A DNA stretch of 63,193 nt, counting the filler, from Octopus bimaculoides (taxonomy: Eukaryota): NCBI RefSeq assembly GCF_001194135.2. It is 4 parts of 4 records of this genome, joined end to end, with 100 filler letters (N's around TTAATTAATTAA, not from the genome) between each part and the next. Parts side by side here need not be neighbours in the genome. Positions count along the whole stretch, not along the records: positions 52,801 to 63,193 come from NC_068994.1; 3 more parts are not named here. The stretch is one strand, 5' to 3'. Made by a program: the position numbers and the translations under genes. A model generated the notes under the pieces. The model did not search any database. It was not told the DNA's origin and saw only the letters and a program-made list of their open reading frames with translations. The first letter of the stretch is position 1. Each line of letters begins with the position of its first letter. Positions 55,830 through 63,193 of this stretch are shown here, in pieces.

Positions 55830-57359
55830 ACGCAAACCGGAGCGCGTGCGCGCACACGCATACACACACACACACACACACCTCTCATTCATACCTTTAC
55901 TTTCTTATTACCTCCTCCACTCTTACACCCATACTTTCAATTCCTCACTTTTATTTATCTTGCTTTTTTCGCATCATCATTTTGTTGTTCTTATTTACAT
56001 CAGACTCTGAATTTCAGGAAACGAATCCAAAATGGACAGAGTGCTTTTTGAATAATTAAGAAATACATCATTACTCGCACAAAATCTAGGGGGAAAAAAT
56101 AAAATTTCTCTATATTATATCTCGTTATGATAAATAAATAAAATTTCGTAATTATTCATAAGCATCAAATGATACAACATCCAGCGATTGTTTTGTTTTC
56201 GGTTTAAGAATTAACAGCTACCAAAGCGGTAATTCTCATCAGTGGACACCGGTCGGCGCATCTCTTCCTTATTGCCACACGGAAGCCTTCCCTTTCCATC
56301 TCTTTCTCTCTCTCTCTCCTTTCTTCTTTTCATTACTCCTCTCCCTTCCTCTCAGTTATAGTAACTACGTCTTGGCAAGTCTTAACACAGCCACATCAAA
56401 GCAAATGTGTGTGCATCTGTTAAGATGCCAGTAAAACAAACAGCGACACTGCCGGCATAAACTAATAATAATAGTAATAAAAATAACTTATTTTGTGATA
56501 NNNNNNNNNNNNNNNNNNNNNNNNNNNNNNNNNNNNNNNNNNNNNNNNNNNNNNNNNNNNNNNNNNNNNNNNNNNNNNNNNNNNNNNNNNNNNNNNNNNN
56601 NNNNNNNNNNNNNNNNNNNNNNNNNNNNNNNNNNNNNNNNNNNNNNNNNNNNNNNNNNNNNNNNNNNNNNNNNNNNNNNNNNNNNNNNNNNNNNNNNNNN
56701 NNNNNNNNNNNNNNNNNNNNNNNNNNNNNNNNNNNNNNNNNNNNNNNNNNNATATATATATATATATATACAAACACACATACAGTAATGTATGTTTTGT
56801 ATAGAAAAGAATTACATACATTGTAACGTTGATAAACCTGTTGATTTTTATTATTTGTTTCTTTGTGCGTCTCTTATCTCGTATCAAAAGCATGAATTCA
56901 TATTAAATAAAAGAAAACACGCACATACATACACATGTTATGGGTTTACCATATTTGGACATTAAAACAAGTAGACAACCCTGAGAAACTTTACATTTTG
57001 TGAATGGAGTTATCAGGTTTTGATGTAATGATTGGTTCCTCTCCCCAGGCCACAAATCTTTCTATTTTTCAAAAGGTTTAGGTGAAGACGAATATTAGAA
57101 TGTTATGAGGTTCATGCTCTTCTTTTATTAGTGTATTAGCTGGATAAATGAACTGAACTTGCCTCGTAAGAAAACAGATATTAGAACGTATTTATATTGC
57201 GTTGACGATAGTCAATTAATAATTTAGTGCTAATTACTTCCAGATATCTACTTCGGGAATAGAAAAGTAACGTGTGTGCATATTTCCATATATAGGTATA
57301 TACATATATATTTGCGCGCGCGCGCACACACACACGTACACATACACACACATATGACG

Positions 57360-57390
<31 letters not shown>

Positions 57391-57394
57391 AATA

Positions 57395-57920
57395 TCCATG
57401 CTCGCACAGGTTGGACCGTGCGGTAGGATCCGAAAAAGGCAAGGATATGTAGAAGTGTTGGAAGGAGAATGGTTCGCAAGATCGGCGGTGGTATTAGTAG
57501 AGGAAGCCAAATAAAAAGGTAGATCGGTAAAAACTGCAAAAATATGAAGGTTAGGGACATCTCGGTCAACTTGGAGGAGGGGAAGTAATTCACAGTGACA
57601 GGTGGACAACGGTAGTAGATAAAGGTGAGAGTAGTGATGTTGGCGAACGAGATGGCTCAGAGACAGCATGTAGTTAAAGTGTATTGGATAGAGGTATGAT
57701 GAGTCTAAAGCACCTTCCTATATGTATGTAGGCCTACTGAAGAACAAGTGAGCTGAGTGATGAGGGTGGAGTGATCAATACAGGCGGCAGAGATATGAGA
57801 GAGGTACCTCTATGAATTATAAGATGGACAATAAGTGGGATTGAGCAATATGTCGATGGAGTTGAATGAAGGATGTATAATGAGAACAGCAAATGTAAGA
57901 CTAGCAGGGTAGAAATGTTG
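57395..57920 (-). mobile_element. Degenerate Penelope-like ORF fragment
   Basis: Purine-rich + strand. The minus strand has eroded FTDLP...STYPC remnants resembling the RT to GIY-YIG linker. Confidence 0.35.
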
Positions 57921-57924
57921 ATTT

Positions 57925-58134
57925 TAAATTTTGGCACAAGGCCAGCAATTTCGGGGACGGTGTTAAGTTGATTGAATCGACCTCAATGTTCAATTGGTAC
58001 CTATTTTATTGACTATGAAAAGATGAAAGGCAAAGTCATCTTTGGCAGTATTTAAACGAAGAATGTGAAGAGGGATAAAATGCTCCTAAACATTAAACTC
58101 GACATGCTAACAATTCTGCCAGCTTGCCACCTTT
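57925..58134 (-). mobile_element. SINE family A, diverged
   Basis: Colinear with the consensus. Confidence 0.75.
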
Positions 58135-58144
58135 AGCAGCTTCT

Positions 58145-58705
58145 AGACTCAACCCATGAGTTAGAGTACATGTGATGGATGGAGAAGTCTTCTTCAGAAT
58201 TTTGTATTGGCAATCATCTTCAGGTCAGTTACCACTACATTCTTCCAAGTCTTCCTTGGTCTCCTTCTTCCACAGGTTTCGCATTTTTATGCGGTAGTCA
58301 TCTTCCATGCACATGTCCATGCAAGAACAGTCTTCTCTCTTGCACATTACAACAAATTCTTTTTATAACCAATTTTTCTTTCCATTATTTTGTACTATGG
58401 CGTTCATGCACTCTAACATTACACATCTATCAAAGCAGGCTTGCTTCTTTTCTTTCTTTCCTTCACAAGCCTTCTGTGTTTAAGGCACTTGCCTCACTAC
58501 CATGCAGCAAAGCAGTTCTAAACACAAGTGTCGTACAATCTATCCTTCATTCTGACTTTAAATACTTTCATCTTCAGAGAATGTAATAGCTTCCTGAACT
58601 TCCTACAACATGTTCTTACCCTGTCTACTTTACTTTCTGAACAACCTTCTCCCCTACTAATTATATGATCTTGGTAACAGAAACTATTGACCACTTCTAG
58701 TTTAC
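58145..58705 (-). mobile_element. RTE LINE 3' ORF fragment
   Basis: LEVVNSFCYQDHIISRGEGCSESKVDRVRTCCRKFRKLL...KDRLYDTCV is a typical RTE post-RT region. Confidence 0.75.
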
Positions 58706-58807
58706 CCAAATTTTAAATTTATCTAGTTTAAAATAATTTAACTTCTTTATGTATCATGATTATGTAATTTAGCAATTTAACAGTCTACCGGTTATTCTTT
58801 ACAACAC

Positions 58808-59560
58808 ATGTCTATGTTCAAATTGTCCTTGCACGGGGGCCATCCGGACTCCCATCTTCACCATGAACAGGAATTANNNNNNNNNNNNNNNNNNNNNNNN
58901 NNNNNNNNNNNNNNNNNNNNNNNNNNNNNNNNNNNNNNNNNNNNNNNNNNNNNNNNNNNNNNNNNNNNNNNNNNNNNNNNNNNNNNNNNNNNNNNNNNNN
59001 NNNNNNNNNNNNNNNNNNNNNNNNNNNNNNNNNNNNNNNNNNNNNNNNNNNNNNNNNNNNNNNNNNNNNNNNNNNNNNNNNNNNNNNNNNNNNNCCCTCA
59101 CCCCCAACCCACACCCCAACATCACCACACCACCACACCACAACACAACATACCACATATCACCACACCACACCATCACAACACACACACACCATCACCA
59201 CACCACCACAACACATCGCACCACCCTGCACATACTAGCATTGACCACTTCTCAGCACCCATACCACACCACCACACCATACCACATCACACCACCCTGC
59301 ACACACTAGCACTGACCACTTCCTAGCACCCACACCATCATCCACACCACCTCTATCCAGCCATTACCATGATTGACCACTAGCCACTAAAGCTTTTTTT
59401 AATTCTCTCTCTGTATATTTTCTTGTGTTCCTTTCTGTTGAAGAGCATAGGCTCGAAACGCAAAAGAATTTCTCACCTTTGCGAGCATTAAACTAAAGCA
59501 CCTGTTTGTCGTTTACATACCTGTCTTCATCTTTTGGGTTTTTTTGTAAATTCCAACCAT
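58808..59560 (+). mobile_element. Penelope-like element 3' end / pseudo-LTR with hammerhead motif (spans a gap)
   Basis: LSLHGGHPDSHLHHEQEL C-terminal remnant, a CAC-rich spacer, and a hammerhead-like core at 59431-59466. Confidence 0.6.
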
Positions 59561-60404
59561 ACANNNNNNNNNNNNNNNNNNNNNNNNNNNNNNNNNNNNN
59601 NNNNNNNNNNNNNNNNNNNNNNNNNNNNNNNNNNNNNNNNNNNNNNNNNNNNNNNNNNNNNNNNNNNNNNNNNNNNNNNNNNNNNNNNNNNNNNNNNNNN
59701 NNNNNNNNNNNNNNNNNNNNNNNNNNNNNNNNNNNNNNNNNNNNNNNNNNNNNNNNNNNNNNNNNNNNNNNNNNNNNNNNNNNNNNNNNNNNNNNNNNNN
59801 NNNNNNNNNNNNNNNNNNNNNNNNNNNNNNNNNNNNNNNNNNNNNNNNNNNNNNNNNNNNNNNNNNNNNNNNNNNNNNNNNNNNNNNNNNNNNNNNNNNN
59901 NNNNNNNNNNNNNNNNNNNNNNNNNNNNNNNNNNNNNNNNNNNNNNNNNNNNNNNNNNNNNNNNNNNNNNNNNNNNNNNNNNNNNNNNNNNNNNNNNNNN
60001 NNNNNNNNNNNNNNNNNNNNNNNNNNNNNNNNNNNNNNNNNNNNNNNNNNNNNNNNNNNNNNNNNNNNNNNNNNNNNNNNNNNNNNNNNNNNNNNNNNNN
60101 NNNNNNNNNNNNNNNNNNNNNNNNNNNNNNNNNNNNNNNNNNNNNNNNNNNNNNNNNNNNNNNNNNNNNNNNNNNNNNNNNNNNNNNNNNNNNNNNNNNN
60201 NNNNNNNNNNNNNNNNNNNNNNNNNNNNNNNNNNNNNNNNNNNNNNNNNNNNNNNNNNNNNNNNNNNNNNNNNNNNNNNNNNNNNNNNNNNNNNNNNNNN
60301 NNNNNNNNNNNNNNNNNNNNNNNNNNNNNNNNNNNNNNNNNNNNNNNNNNNNNNNNNNNNNNNNNNNNNNNNNNNNNNNNTATATATATATATATATATA
60401 TATG

Positions 60405-60560
60405 GGTCAGCATTAGAAAGGGCATGCAGCAGCAGAAACCATGCCAAAATGGACAGGGAGCCTGAACAGCCCTTCAGCTGGTCAGCTCCTGTCAAACTGT
60501 CCAACCCATACTAGGTTGAGAAAAGGACATTTGATGATGATGATAATGATGATGATGATG
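60405..60560 (+). mobile_element. RTE-type 3' tail
   Basis: AAGGGCATGCAGC...GTCAAACTGTCCAACCCAT...GGACAT followed by a (GAT)n tail. Confidence 0.55.
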
Positions 60561-60627
60561 ATATATAAATATACATACACGCATACATACATATATATAT
60601 AATACACACACACACACACATACATAC

Positions 60628-61378
60628 ATGTGTAGTGAATAAACTGTTGTCTAAGTTACGCAAAAATGATTATAACACTGACATCTCATTTTAACAGATA
60701 TGTTTGCCAAAATTAAATTAAAATATCTAGAAATACAGAAGAGTAAATTTATTCAATAAAATCGCCATTGGCTTCAACCACAGCTTTCAGACAACTTCGG
60801 AATCTCCTGCTGCTCTTCTGGTCAGTCTCCTTGTTTAAGTTGGTGAATGCTGCCATAATCCTTGCCTTCAGTTTATTTTGGGTGTTACAAGAAGTTTTGT
60901 TGATCTCTTGCTCAACTACACCCCACACATAATAATCAAGGGAGTTGTACTCTGGGGAGTTAGGTGGCCAGATGTTTTGGGTGATGTGATCACAGAAATT
61001 GCCTGACAGCCATGACTGGGCTCTCCTGCTTGTGTGACATGGTGCAGAGTCCTGTTGCCAGACATAGCATCTTCCAGCAGCCAGCTTCTTGACCCAGAGC
61101 AGCACTACCTCATCCAGGCACTTGATGTAGGCCTTTATGTTAAGTTTGAGGCTGTGCGAAGACATAATGTCACCATCACTAGTGATCACTCCAAACACCA
61201 TGATGTTGACTGGATGTTTGGTTTTTATCATTCTCGGTACATGTTTTGGGAATACGGTAAGCCAACAGTTATTCTATGTGTTCACCAATTGATCCTGGCA
61301 GAACTTTTTCTCATCTGAAAAAAAAACAAAGCATGTTCAGTTGGAGGGGATGCTTGAATTTGTTCAAAAGCTTCACAG
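60628..61378 (-). mobile_element. maT-type (DD37D) Tc1/mariner transposon remnant
   Basis: FFSDEK, then QQDSAPCH with 37 residues to the D of NSLDYYVW; C-terminus VVEANGDFIE*. 5'-truncated, with in-frame lesions. Confidence 0.85.
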
Positions 61379-61439
61379 CACAGTCTTTGTGTGTGTGTGT
61401 TTGTGTGCATGTGTCTTTATGTGTGTGTATGTGTATTTA

Positions 61440-61475
<36 letters not shown>

Positions 61476-61899
61476 AGATGCACCCGGTGTAAGCTTTGGG
61501 CACATAAAAGGTGCAGCAATATCAGAGGTATTGTGAGGGGGAAGAACAGCAGAATAGTGAAATAATGTTACAGTAACCAGGAGAAAAATGGAAGAGGATG
61601 AGAGGAGGAGGGAGAGATAGATGATATGTTGTTGTGTAGAATATAAGAGAATGGAGAGAGAAAGATGTACCTTCATAAAGGTAAGGTAATTTGATGCCTC
61701 AGAAGGATGAGCAATGTCAAACATGTGGAGAGGACAGCACAGAATGAAAGATAAACAAGTGAAATGATTCTGAGCAGTAAAAGGACAAGTGATATCAGGG
61801 AAAAGCTGATGAAGTATGCAGTTCTACTCACCCTAAATTTCAGCAACAAAATAATCAGTGGTGGAAATGTCATGAGGAGGAAATTGGGGTGGATGCCCC

Positions 61900-62830
61900 A
61901 GTTGTGCAACTATATACACAATGTGTTTCCAGAATCTAAGCTTTGTCAATGTGGGTGTATCTTCTCATGAACCACATATCATCTGCACCCTGGTCCTTTG
62001 TCATCTCCTCTGTGAGGTTCAAGGTCCTGAGATCATCTTTCACCACTTTTCCCATGTCATCCTGAGTCTCCTTCTTCTCCAGGCTCCACCCACATTAAGT
62101 AGTTAGTATTTCTTTATACAGCTGTTTTCATCCATACTCATCACTTGTCCATACCAGTGCAGTCTTCTTTTTTGCACACTACATTTGATTCCACTTATGC
62201 CCATTTTTTCTCTCAGTGCTCTTGTACTTTGTCATTCATGCACACTTGCACTGCACATTTCTTTCCCAGCTTCTTAAATCCTCAGTATTCAATGCCTATG
62301 TCACACTATCATGCAGTATTGCAATTCTAATACAAGCATCATACAATCCTCACTTCATTCTGAGAGAAAAGACCTTTGTTGCCACCAGTTGTAGAAGTTC
62401 CCTGAACTCTTTCCAATCTGGTCTTGCTCTGACTGCTATACTTTCAGTACAACCATCTCCCTTGCTAATTACATCTTTTGTGTAACAAAGTTATCAACTA
62501 TTTCTAGTGAACCAGCTGTACACACAAGACAAATAACTTCCAGTGTGCTTTTAGTACATACAGCTTCAGTGCATCTTTCACATATGAAGCTTACATTCTC
62601 AGGTAGTAATCCTGTTCTCTTGTTACATCACTTGTATGTCTATAGCTTACATTGGGTAGAGTATATGGAGTTTATACCTACTCCTTCTTTGCCTATCAAG
62701 CAATGCCATTTCTCTGAAGACATTAGAGTCTTGTCATCTTTCCTGGTAAGATATCAGAGTCTTGTCATCTTTCCTGGTAAGTTACCTTAAGACCTCTCAA
62801 TTGTAGGTTTAGCTTCCAAGCCTGAAATTT
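61900..62830 (-). mobile_element. RTE LINE fragment
   Basis: The minus strand reads ILHDSVT*ALNTEDLRSWERN...KMGISGIKCSVQKRRLHWYGQVMSMDENSCIKK. Confidence 0.7.
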
Positions 62831-62942
62831 TCTGTCTAATTCCCCTATAGATTCAGCTACAAGTTCCTTACTATAATAATAATAATGATAATGGTGATGG
62901 TGGTGGTGGCTGTGGTGGTGGTGGTGGCTGTGGTGGTGGTGG

Positions 62943-62971
<29 letters not shown>

Positions 62972-62974
<3 letters not shown>

Positions 62975-63193
62975 ATTATTATTTTATGTTTGACTTTTAT
63001 TTTGCATTTGTACAAGTTGGATCCAAGTCTCACCCAGAGACCTCAAGAGACAACAAGTTAGAAGTTCATGTAGGTGTTATGCCTAGGGTACCATATATTT
63101 GGATTTGTACATAGTGTTGTTCTAGAGAATGTTTAAGAAACCATAAGAAAAGTATGTTTTAAAATTTGAGGTCACATAGACAGTATTTTACGT
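62972..63193 (-). mobile_element. R4/Dong-like LINE 3' end
   Basis: The minus strand reads RKILSM*, then a 3' UTR and an (AAT)n tail. Runs off the window end. Confidence 0.6.

Noticed and set aside
62997-63073. Apparent + strand phase-1 exon near the window end
   Set aside because: It lies within the antisense 3' UTR of an R4/Dong-like LINE.

Overview
Eukaryotic, repeat-dense, gapped draft-assembly window. By inference from its SINE families it is most likely a coleoid cephalopod (octopus). It contains no prokaryotic features, CRISPR arrays, rRNA or true tRNA genes, and almost all ORFs in the six-frame track are microsatellite or N-gap artefacts. The one well-supported host gene is a + strand chain of three frame-compatible GT-AG exons (34711-34928, 36808-36894, 43474-43636). 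It encodes a glycosylation-rich segment resembling the prodomain of an M12B (ADAM/ADAMTS/reprolysin) metalloprotease; its signal-peptide and catalytic exons could not be located. The rest is a decayed transposon landscape: about 30 tRNA-derived SINE copies from 4 families, plus RTE, CR1-like, R4/Dong and Penelope-like retroelement fragments, the last carrying minimal hammerhead-ribozyme motifs. DNA transposons include Tc1/mariner elements with DD34D, DD36E (Incomer-like) and DD37D (maT) triads, a Chapaev-3-like element, a hAT fragment and several MITEs. I found no convincing new multi-gene system. The best leads are the divergent protease-prodomain gene, the DD36E element, the variant hammerheads and several unassigned exon-like islands.
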